Shown: in pieces, positions 14,101-23,865 of the stretch
Position numbering within the stretch: position 1 is the stretch's first letter
How the letters are laid out: every line of letters begins with the position of its first letter
NCBI GenBank assembly: GCA_951406725.2
Contig: OX597826.1
Span: 38,502,001 to 38,566,000 of the forward strand
Direction of reading: 5' to 3'
Length of the DNA stretch: 64,000 bases
Source of the DNA: Octopus vulgaris
Taxonomy: Eukaryota
Notes under the pieces: model-generated
Databases searched by the model: none
What the model was told of the DNA's origin: nothing
What the model saw: the letters and a program-made list of their open reading frames with translations, nothing else
Translations under genes and position numbers: made by a program

Positions 14101-17100
14101 GACATCAAACGATAATGAATGATCATGATGATTACTGATTCTGGGAACAACATAGGCAAGAATGGCTAACTGTCACTCTAAAAGTTAACACAGGTGCAGG
14201 CATAACTGTGTGGTTAAGTTCATTTTGTAACCATGTGGCTCTGAGTTTGAGTCCACAGAACGGCACCATGAGCAAGTGTCTTCTACTAGAGTCTCTGGTT
14301 GACCAATATCTTGAGAATGGGATTTGGTCAGTGATAATTGTGGAAGCTTGTTATATGTGTATGTACTTTCAGCAGAAGTATATCTGCAAAATATATGACC
14401 TTAGGAGCAAAAAAACGAAAATCAGTGACGTCCTTTGTGATGTTTGTTCTATATTGAGTTAGAGATACTCCCTTATCACTCGCATCATCAAAAATACACT
14501 AAACCAGTCACTGGGTCACTGGAAATTTGTAATCCACAATGTTGTTAGTCACGACATTGTTATAAAAAAATTAATTACATTGTTAATTATTTTCTGAGAA
14601 TCTTTGTTCTTTCATCTCAGTGTCTTATTAAATTTACTTAATCAAAATTGTTTTTATTTAAGATAAAAAAAAGACAGTGTTCTTAAAATATTCTAAACTG
14701 TATTTCCTGTAGGTGGCAGCACTTCGTTCTTACCAAGGTGAAAGATTGCTTCTTCACCCAACTGAACAGTTCCTCATTGAATTATCTGATGTCAAAGATT
14801 TCCATCTGATACTGAGAGGTCATTTCCTTCAATCAGAATTTCTTATTAAATTTGTCAAACTGCGAACCAGTATTCGTAGCATGGTAGATGCCTGCAAAAC
14901 TGTCTTAGAAGATGCAGGCTTGAGAGGTTTCCTTCATTTAATTTTGGGAGCTGGTAATTACCTTAACCAGGTAACTAATTTCCAATTTTTTTTCTTTTTA
15001 TATTTTATTTATTCCTTATTTTCTATTTCTGATTGGTCTATTTTCTGAATACATATATGTGTCATCATCATCATTGTTTAACTTCCGCTTTCCATGCTGG
15101 CATGGGTTGGACAGTTTGACCAAGGAATGGTGAGCCAGAGGCTGCACCAGGCTCAATCTGGTCTGGCAAAGTTTGTACAGCTGGATGCCCTTCTTAATGA
15201 CAACCACTCCGAGAGTGTAGTGGGTGCCACCAGCACGAGGGACAGTCAGGCGGTTCTGGCAACGACCATGCTATCTGCATGGGAGCCATTCTGGCGGCAC
15301 TGGTAACGACCGTGCTGGAATGTTGTTTTTCATGTGCCCGTAAGGCGACGCTGGCAACGACTATGCTCAAATGGTGCTTTTCACATGTCATCGGCACAGG
15401 AGCCAATCCGTGGCCCTGGCAACGATCATGCTCAAATGTGCTTTTAATGTTCCACTGGCATGAGTGCCAATCAGGCAGTACTCTTATTGGCCATGGGCTA
15501 TGGTCTCACTTTGCTTGTTGGATATATTTGTACTATACACAAGGATGGAGTAACCCCTTCAGATTTATGCAAAATTGATTTTATTATAACTGAACATAAA
15601 AATCAATATTAATCCCCACCTCACATATATGGTTTACAGGATAACTTTGTACACCTCACCTCTGTGTGTGTATGTATGTATGTAAAAAGCACCATCCGAA
15701 TCGTGGCCGAAGCCAGTGCCGCCTCGACTGGCTTCCGTGCAGGTGGCACGTAAAATGCACCAATCCGACCGTGGCCGATGCCAGCCTCGCCTGGCACCAG
15801 TGCAGGTGGCACGTAAAAAGTACTCACGGAGTGGTTGGCGTTAGGAAGGGCATCCAGCTGTAGAAACATTGCCAGATAAGACCGGAGCCTGGTGCAGCCT
15901 TCTGGCTTCCCAGATCCCCGGTCGAACCATCCAACCCATGCTAGCATGGAGAACGGACGTTAAACGATGATGATGATGATGATGATGATATATATATATA
16001 TATATATGTTTATCTATTATATATGATACATATGTCTATGTTGTCTGGTTTATAGGAAAGCTGTTATGGCTGTGCGTATGGTTTCAAGTTATCAAGTCTG
16101 CTTGAAGTGTCAAAAATAAAAGCTACCGAATTCAGCTATTTCAACTTGCTTCATCATTTAGTGGAATTGGCTGAAGAAAATGATGATCAGGTTCTCATGT
16201 TCACTGCCGATGCAGACATTCTGGAGAAAGCTGCAACGTAAGCCATCTCTTTTTCTACTTCAAAATCAAACTGTTTTCATTTCCATAAAAATGAATAGTT
16301 GCAACCAATATTTTTATTTTTATTTTCCTGTAAAGATGTTGTTTGGACGAGACGCGAAATGAAGTAACGGCACTGAGTAACAGTTTAAAGCAGTTTCTGA
16401 AAGAACTCAGTCAAGCTGACCAGGAAGTGAACAATTTATTTAGTATTTTTATCAAGGTGAGGTTTTGAAGTTTTATTGAATTTGTTTTTCCTGTCGCTGA
16501 GTGAAATTTGGTAGATGGAAATTGTGTAGAAGTTTGTCCAAGGAGCTGTTTTGCTTTAAGTCATTTAAATTGTCAGCCAAATTTAGCACCACCATCTGAC
16601 ACTTGGGTATCTTTAGTGGAGCAAACATTTGGACCAAAATAACTGACTTCTTTCTTGCCATCATCCTCAGCAGACACTGAAAAAGGGTCATCAGTCCTGT
16701 CCTTCCTCCTGTCATTAAATCATGCAAAATATTTAACTACAAAACATATCATCATCATCATCATTTTACTTCCACTTTCTATGCTGGCATGAGTTGGATG
16801 AATCATCATGGTGTGAATCAATTTCTTTATTGGGATCTAATGTTCTCATAGATTGGTGCTCACACAGGTCACATTGGCTTCGTTGCAATTGCTGGCTGCC
16901 CATCCTATCACCACCCACTTCACAGTGTGCACTGGGTACAGTTCCTTGTGGCACCAACACCAGAGAGATTGATAAGTCTTCAGCCAAACAAGATTTAACC
17001 CTTTAGCACTCAGATTACTGTCAAATGTAATGCTTTTTTATTCATGTTTTAAATTGATCTTGTATTATCTCTCAGCTCCAAGATTTTATTGATGCAGTTG

Positions 17101-20100
17101 TTTCTAGAATGACATTGCAGGGTAGGTGTGAAAGGTCCGGCCTAACCAGTAGGGACATAAACTGGTTAGACCAGTCCTTTACCATTTGGGCTGGATATGG
17201 CTGATTTAAATGCTGAAGGATTAAAAAGATCTCACAACCTTACACTTTCTATTAAAGAGACCTCGGTCCCACAAATGCTGACATAAAAATAATAGACATT
17301 CAAACTAATCAGCAAATGGGGTCAAGATAATCAACCATTTTGTTTCTTGGATTTCTAACTTTATTCCTATGCAAGGAATTATTATTATTAGTCTTGTATA
17401 ACAAACCGTTTAACTGCACACTGTCTTTCCATTATTAATTATGTTGATGATCTAAAAATGTATTTAAAAAAAAAAAATTGCTAAATATTTTTCAGGATGT
17501 GAAATTATTATTTGGTGAACTCCAAACACGGTTGAGACTTTTACGAACATTGGCTCATAAGGTAGCTGGTTACTTCTGTGAAAACGTTGATGATTTCAGC
17601 CTTCAGAAGTGCTTCCAAGATCTCCATGCATTCTATGAAGCAGTAAAGAAATGTCGTACAGTAAGTAATGATAGCAATTTTCTGGTTCTTCAATGAATCT
17701 AGTAGTGTAAGTTGACTTATTTCTCTTGATACCATCAGATGGTGTTTAGTGTTTGATTTAACTGAGAATTCAATGAAACTTTCTTTGTCATTCTGATTGA
17801 CTCCTGGGACTGTGTGATCATTTCATGTTCTAGAAATAATAGTCACATCTCCTTAAAATTACACCTGTACCATCTTAAAAGGGAAGGAAGGACAGATAAG
17901 CTAATGTAGTACATTATGTCTAGAACATTAGAATGGGATTGTCATGTGTGGAGAGCCTTTGATCATAGATCCATTCATTCAGGGCCAACTTGGGTTCTGA
18001 TTTCTAATGCAATTCTTCTTTTACAACATATTTATCCTCATTGATCCTCGTTTAATCACTTTTCTTTGTTGCCAAGGGTTGGACAGGTGTGACAGCATCC
18101 TGCTATTTGTTGTGGTCCTTCACCATCTGACATGCAGTATAGGAAAAAACTCAATATTTTCCATTCCATTGCAAAGGCGGTGAGCTGGCAGAATCATTAG
18201 CATGCCAGACAAGAGACCTTGTGGCATTTCATTTGTCTTTACATTCTGAGTTCAAATTCCACTGAGGTTGACTTGGCTTTTCATCCTCTTGGGGTCGATA
18301 AAGTAAGGACCAGTTGAGCACTGGAGTCGATGTAATCAACTTGTCTCCTCCCCACAAAATTGCTGGCCTTGTGTCAAAATTTGGAACAAATATTTTCTGT
18401 TGTGACAGAGGTAGATTGGCTGGCCTTCTTATCACCGACCATTCTGTGGCAGAGACTGGATGCAGTTTATTGTGCCACCAGCACTGGAGAGTTTGTCAGG
18501 TCTATAAAGAGTGTCCTGTACATCACATCAGTCTTTATTCACAGCTATTGCTCTCCTTGGTGTGTTGGCTTCATTTCAGTTTGAAGAGTCCACACCTACT
18601 TAATAAAAATAACGGTTCTCTCTAAAATATATACAGCTCTATATAAAATATGTAGCTCTGTTGAGTTTTAGGACATTCTTTAATTTTATTCTTATATCAT
18701 GCACCTTTGACTTTTCCATGTTTTCTGTTGAGATAATTTACTATTTCAGGAAAATCATTTCTTAAAGAAGCAACATACTTTGGCAGAAGATCGAAAGAAG
18801 GAAATCAAAAGTCACCTCACTAAAAAGAAGTTATCACTTCAATTTGGATTAGATGCAGGTATGTGCAATTTTTTTTTACCTGATTTTTTTTTTATTCTGA
18901 ACTCACTCAATTCTGGCATCAGTTGATATACCTGCTGATCAGCAATGATATTTCTGTAAAGTTTCCTTTGTAAGATATAATATTTCATTTAGAAGGTGTG
19001 AAAAACAACATTTGAGCATGGTCATTGCCAGTGCCGCCAGACTGGCTCCCTTGCAGGTAGCACATAAAAACACTTTTGAGTGTAGTCGTTGCCAGAACCA
19101 CCTGACTCTCCCTCATGCCGGTGGCACATAAAAGCACCCACTGCACTCTCGGAGTGGTTGGTGTTAGGAAGGGCATCCAGCTGTAGAAACTCTGCCAGAT
19201 CAGATTCAGCCTGGTGCAGCCTCTGGCTCACAAGTCCTCAGTCAAACCAGCCAACCCATGCCAGCATGGAAAGCGGGTGTTAAACAATGAGGATGATGAT
19301 GTAGGCATCAAAATTATTTTATCAAGGGGTTCGAATCTATAGGTTGATGATTATTTGAAATATTTATTGATTCCCTGTTTTCTCTTGAAGCAACAGATAT
19401 TTCATTCTGCTTTGATATTAAGAATCTACTTTCCATGCCCCCCCCTCTAATTCATGTTTATCATAGGTGTAATAAGTAATAAAATGATATCTCTACTGAA
19501 ACATATAAGTACGTTATATATTTATATTCTGTTATAAATTACAATGAGAACAGCTGTATGGATCTCTAACTGTGGAGGGAACCTGTGGTAGAGGTAGACC
19601 CAGGAAGACCTGAGACAAGGTGGTTGCAGCCTGATCTTCAAACTTTTGACCTCACAGAGGCAATGGCTAATGACCGAGACCTTTGGCTATATGTTGTGCT
19701 TGAGAAGATCCGTCAAACCAAGGGGGATCATAGTTGTGGTTGATGCTGGTGTCATGTAACTGGCACCCATGCCAGTGGCACATAAATAGCACCTTTTGAG
19801 CATTGGACCCCACAGAGGCATGGTAGCTGAGATCCTTTCAAGTATTGGGCCTCACGGAGGCAATGAACAAGACCTTTGGTATTATGTTGTGCTTGAGAAG
19901 ATCCATCAAGCCAAATAAAATCGCATTTGTGGCAAATATCGGTGTCCTGCAAATGGCACCTGTGTCAGTGGCATGTAAAAGCACCCATTACACTATTGGA
20001 GTAGCTGGTGTTAGGGAGAGTGTCCAGCTGTAGAAACCATGCCAAATCAGACTGGAGTCTGGTGCAGCCTCTCAACTTCCCAGCTCTGGTCAAACCGTCC

Positions 20101-22036
20101 AACCCATACCAGCATGGATAACGGACATTAAATGATGATGATGATGATAAAATGTTTCTCAGTTAAACTAGACATTTTCGTGGGTTTTTCTCTTTGTTTT
20201 TGTAAACTATAAAACTATGAATTTTTTTCTGTTACTCACAGATGCATGTTCGTCTGCTTTGGAGAACAAGAAAGGTCCAATGGATCGAATCCTTCAAGAG
20301 GTTCATGGTGGTAACTTTGAGAAATTTGCAGGAAAACCTCATAATTTAATTAGTACCCCTGCTCGAGGTGATGCTTCTAAACATCATCTGAATTTTAGTC
20401 GAATCAGTTTTGCTGGAAGTCAAATAAAACTCCCAGAAGACGAAGATGAGTTTGATGAAACATTGACTGATTTCCGTATTCCACAGAAAAACAAAGTTTC
20501 TTCTGGTATGTAAAACATTTTTATTGATATTCCAATGGTAATTTCTGTGGGGGGCATGGCCAAGTGGTGGAGGAGTTCACTTCTCCGACCATATAGTAGC
20601 AGGTTCTATTCCACTGCACAGCACCTTGGGCAAGTGACATCTACTGTAGTCCTGGGGCTAGTTAATTCTTTGTGAGTGAATCTGTTAGACGGAAACTGTA
20701 CAGAAGCCTGTGTGTGTGAATGTTTACATTCTCTGCTAATGCAAAGCTCCAAATAGCAAAGTTTGTTGCCATCTCGTGTCAATAAACTGTTTGCAAGTTC
20801 AGCACTTTCAAAGATGCAAGGAATTTAAAAAAATTCTTGTAAAACAGGTTTGATGTAGTGACAGGCAGAAAGGATATCTGGCCTTAAAACAATACTTCAG
20901 TAATTTGTATTCATCTGACCCATGCCAGCATAGAAAAATGAACATAAACTGTTAATTAACCAAGACTAAGATTTACATTCTTGTTTGTAGCTATTTCACA
21001 TGTTTGATATTATTAATGTTCTTGTAAAAGATTTGAGCATCACAACTCTCATTTCCTTCTCAATGCCAATGGTTTATACCACAACCATTCTGTTTAAATG
21101 CATCAGCTACTGTAGCTGTGGAATGAGATTGGTCACTGGTTATACCATGAATATATTTCAGTCTTATTGTGACACTTAATGCTAAGGATAGAGTTGTTCC
21201 TTTTCATGTCTGAATTTCATTTGTTTATTGAATTTATATAATATTCCAAGATTTTATTTATTATTATTATTATTATTTGTTAATTTACCATTTCAGCCAA
21301 TACAATGCCATTTAAATATTACACAGGACCTTTTACCAAAGTAAGTCAAGCTACATGTTCAGAAAGTTCATCAAAGCCTTTTAGGAAAACCCATGTGCGA
21401 AGTCAGAGCGATTTCACAGACAGTATTGTCTCTGGTGAAAACCAGTGGCACAAATATAAAGAAATGTGTGAAGTAAAAAATGGTGCGATACTGAAGGCAC
21501 CACTTGCACGGCCAGAAAGCTTATTTACCCTTGAAAGTCTTAATCTTGAAACACCAAGTAATACCCTTACCAAAAAAGAAGTGAGCACTGTTCAAGAAAT
21601 GCCAGTTCTTTTCCAGCTAAGCCCAGATAACAAACCAAAGAAATCTGACCGAAGGTCTTCATTTGGAAACTTTATCAGCCGATTATCAAAAGCTGTGTTG
21701 AAACCTCGTAACACAAACCAGGCCCGAGTTAACAAAGCACCATCAAAATTGTCCATTGAAAAGAGTAAAGACAAAGCAGAGAAAATCTGTCCACAAATGA
21801 AAATACAGGATAAAGAGAATTCCCTAAAACCCAATAATACAAACCAGAGAAATTTAGGTCAGAAAGCACCAAGATCATCTTTAGGAAAAGACAAAAATAT
21901 TAAGACGGTTCCACCAAAGAAAAATGAAACTAAAAGAAATTCAGCAAGAACTGCTAAAAGCCCTGTCTTGAGTTCTAACATAAACAACAAACCGCTTTGT
22001 GTTAGAGAAGGTCGACAAGTAAAGTCAAGGAAATAA
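1835..22036 (+). CDS. INF2: Inverted formin (INF2-family) gene, 16 coding exons, ~1102 aa; DID/FH3 - FH2 - DAD/WH2-like - basic tail; no FH1
   Basis: Exons 1835-2171, 3355-3470, 3869-4028, 4832-4905, 7064-7165, 7871-7956, 9706-10028, 11915-12027, 12916-13074, 14713-14970, 16056-16237, 16336-16456, 17496-17660, 18750-18858, 20242-20505, 21297-22036. All are GT-AG with matching phases, total 3309 nt. Motifs: WLSDFLENGGL and RNKIRNEF (DID/FH3); KLKKIHWSK, GAGNYLN, YGFKLSSL, LLHHLVE, YFCE (FH2); MDRILQEVHGG (DAD/WH2-like). The symbol is a family-level call and this may be a divergent paralog. Confidence 0.88.
3355..3470 (+). CDS. Formin exon 2
   Basis: gcag|CTTTAAAC...TACAAA|gtaagg; KKELFEILSVLCMFSPQSYYGVLEALNYYK. 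Confidence 0.9.
3869..4028 (+). CDS. Formin exon 3 (FH3)
   Basis: ttcag|AAAGAG...ATTA|gtaagt; HRFSILVTEI...YKCTILTAINCII...RNKIRNEFI. Confidence 0.9.
4832..4905 (+). CDS. Formin exon 4
   Basis: ttag|GTCTT...ATAGAG|gtaaaa; LGLLDCLCVLHAEEFDKDFQIQIE; phases 1/0 fit the neighbours. Confidence 0.85.
5161..5238. repeat. Perfect 39-bp tandem duplication
   Basis: TTCTTAATATGAGTGGGTGATTTGAGAGTTGGCTGTTAT x2. Confidence 0.9.
5398..5712 (+). mobile_element. tRNA-headed SINE (family D) with 13-bp TSD
   Basis: Head GGCACATGGTTCAGTGGTTAG..GGTTCAATTCC; flanked by direct repeats TAATATCTTCAGT at 5385-5397 and 5713-5725; degraded relative near 42298-42420. Confidence 0.8.
7064..7165 (+). CDS. Formin exon 5
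   Basis: tgcag|GCATTT...GAAAAG|gtagtg; AFYSQKHKDEEDMQTKFEMDYQSPSALLDSIIEK. Confidence 0.85.
7871..7956 (+). CDS. Formin exon 6
   Basis: ttcag|ACTCTG...GAAAA|gtaaag; TLGTPKYVSFLHILQDLLSLE. Confidence 0.85.
9706..10028 (+). CDS. Formin exon 7 (end of DID region, proline-poor linker, start of FH2)
   Basis: tttag|TTCAGAG...ATTG|gtacaa; EKWQLIENLI ... PSKKLKKIHWSKIAPKEI. Confidence 0.85.
11108..11320. mobile_element. piggyBac-type MITE (degenerate copy)
   Basis: TTAA|CTCTTTAGCATT ... GTGCTGAAAGGG|TTAG; internal sequence is the reverse complement of the 16999 and 42834 copies. Confidence 0.7.
11915..12027 (+). CDS. Formin exon 8 (FH2 lasso)
   Basis: acag|AGAGAT...ACCCAT|gtaagt; DNCIWRSSNDFLPIIPNFSKMEELF. 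Confidence 0.88.
12916..13074 (+). CDS. Formin exon 9 (FH2 knob)
   Basis: gcag|CTGGTC...GAAGAA|gtgagt; LMNVTLFL...LSSLIKILPTKEE; an alternative in-frame acceptor would start the exon at 12931. Confidence 0.8.
14713..14970 (+). CDS. Formin exon 10 (FH2)
   Basis: gtag|GTGGCA...AACCAG|gtaact; LHPTEQFLIEL...FLHLILGAGNYLNQ. Confidence 0.92.
15062..15505 (-). mobile_element. RTE-tail repeat (family C), antisense copy in formin intron 10
   Basis: (CAT)n start, then CCATGCTGGCATGGGTTGGAC...CAGCTGGATGCCCTTC; other antisense copies near 2935-3070, 11714-11855, 13474-13660. Confidence 0.8.
15682..15990 (+). mobile_element. RTE-tail repeat (family C), sense copy
   Basis: GGCACGTAAAA sub-repeats, TTAGGAAGGGCATCCAGCTGTAGAAAC, ends CGTTAAACGATGATGAT; others near 10235-10430, 12560-12776, 13910-14135, 18995-19302, 41885-42055, 43880-44218. 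Confidence 0.85.
16056..16237 (+). CDS. Formin exon 11 (FH2 post)
   Basis: tatag|GAAAGC...GCAAC|gtaagc; AYGFKLSSLLEVSKIKA...NLLHHLVE. Confidence 0.92.
16336..16456 (+). CDS. Formin exon 12
   Basis: taaag|ATGTTG...ATCAAG|gtgagg; open helical FH2 sequence; phases 2/0 fit the neighbours. Confidence 0.85.
16999..17220. mobile_element. piggyBac-type MITE
   Basis: TTAA|CCCTTTAGCACT ... AATGCTGAAGGA|TTAA. Confidence 0.78.
17496..17660 (+). CDS. Formin exon 13 (FH2 end)
   Basis: ttcag|GATGTG...CGTACA|gtaagt; KVAGYFCENVDDFSLQKCFQDLHAF. Confidence 0.92.
18175..18392 (+). mobile_element. SINE family B
   Basis: GGCGGTGAGCTGGCAGAA...GAGTTCAAATTCC...TTTCATCC..GGGGTCGATAAA core shared with 41195-41426. 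Confidence 0.8.
18750..18858 (+). CDS. Formin exon 14
   Basis: ttcag|GAAAAT...GCAG|gtatgt; ENHFLKKQHTLAEDRKKE, coiled region after FH2. Confidence 0.85.
19560..20148 (+). mobile_element. 3' end of an RTE-clade LINE (5'-truncated)
   Basis: Translates roughly TVEGTCGRGRPRKT*DKVV..DLQTFDLTEAMANDRDLW, a typical RTE ORF C-terminus; followed by the family C 3' UTR and (GAT)n tail. Confidence 0.8.
20242..20505 (+). CDS. Formin exon 15 (DAD/WH2-like motif)
   Basis: cacag|ATGCAT...TCTG|gtatgt; GPMDRILQEVHGGNF. Confidence 0.85.
21297..22036 (+). CDS. Formin terminal exon 16 (Lys/Ser-rich basic tail)
   Basis: ttcag|CCAATACAATG; 243-aa ORF to TAA 22036, in phase with exon 15. Confidence 0.85.
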
Positions 22037-23828
22037 CCTGTAATTCAAATTCTACAAACTTTGTGAAGAATTTACCATTAATGTTTCCTTGGTTGTTGGA
22101 ATTAGGGTGATTGTTGTGTGTTTATATCTTCTGATTGCTGCATGTTTATAAATTTTTATCTAAACCCCTGAAATATCTAAATGTCATATTAATTTGGGGT
22201 TTTTAGCTTATTGCATTATTTTCAGCTTATTTTTTTTTATTTTCAATTCTGAGTTATGTTTTCAAACCTACTATTTTTGTGAGTGCATGATGAGGTTTCT
22301 CTATGGTCATTCAACTGGCTAGTAATAGCAGTCAGATCTCTCAATTTACACTTAAACTCTTCTTTCCTAAAATGGTCGGGTATAGGTCAGCTCAATCAAG
22401 GTTCACCTTGGACTATACAAGATCAATGACAGCTTATTGTATAATCTATGTATATTTTCTGTTCTATACTGACCATATCTCTCTTTCTGCCAAACTTGGT
22501 AGGAACATTTTATTTGCCTCTAATATAGAAATATAATTCTAGTTTGAGTCTCTTAAAAGAAAAAACAGTTCACAATTATAAATATTTCAGCAATTAGTGG
22601 AATTAATGAATAGTTCAATTAAAATTGTTTTATGATAAGCTTCAGAGATAACAAGAGCTCAGCTATAGCTTAGATGTAAAGTTATTAAACCTCTTTTACT
22701 GAGGGCTGCAAAAACTGAAGTTTTACTGTGACTCGGGCATTCAGTAACCAATTCATGTTAATACATTGCCAAAGCAATGTCCCAGCAACTGTCGCTGAAA
22801 TGACTGAATATTATTTGTTATTAATTATCCAGGATTGTAATTGAAAATAATTCAATAGACTGGAGTTTAATTTCTGTTTTCAAGTCATTGAGCAAAACTG
22901 AGTCACCCACCTCCTATTCTAATTTGTGGGTCCTCTTTATGAATATATTCAGACATTTTTCTTTTAGATAAAAAAAACAAAACAAAAAACAAAATACTGA
23001 ACAGTCCACACACAGTTCTTCTTGTTTTGTTCTTGGCTTCCTTGTCCATGGTACCTATTCTACAGCTAGTTGGACTGAGCCAGTGAAATGTCTTGTCTTT
23101 ATATGGTTGCAGCTCTGATTCTTATATAATATTGGATTGAAATTAGTTTAGTTATGTAGGTTAGAGACTATTTTACTATTTTTATGTTTTGAGAAAAATA
23201 TTTTATATTTTCTCTTTTTGTTTCAAAAAGTTTTATATTTGTTGATAGTGACATTATTGATCAGTTAATGATGTCTACAGATATCACAGTGAAAGTTTCA
23301 GCTTTAAACTCATGAGTCTGGGATTAATTCTAATAGTTTGGTTAACCATTTCCATTCAAATCCCAGTCATCATAGAAAAGTGTTCTTTAAACCTATTTTG
23401 AAAAACCTATTAAAAAGTTTTTACTTTTTGTACAATATCCCAAGTGCATGCACACACACACACTCTACTTTTAGTTTTTTTCTGAAGCTGTCCATAAGCA
23501 ACAAGAGAATGATAAAGTTGCTTGAATAAAATCTTAGATCCAGGTATGTAAAAACAGTTTTACCTTACATATCACAAACATTACATACTTGGAACATAAA
23601 GAAAGGGGTCTGGGCACTTCAGGCTTCTGGACCACAAAATGAACAAAAAGTCTTTGTGTGTCTCTACACATACCTACACATTTTAATTCTAACACATACA
23701 TACACCATTTTTCTTTCACACTTAAATACAGAAATATAATTGGAGAAAAGAAAACATTGATTCCATGATAGCCAAGATGTGTGGCTTTCTATTAGTTTTC
23801 TAATTCTCACAGAGTTTGTATACATCCA

Positions 23829-23865
<37 letters not shown>

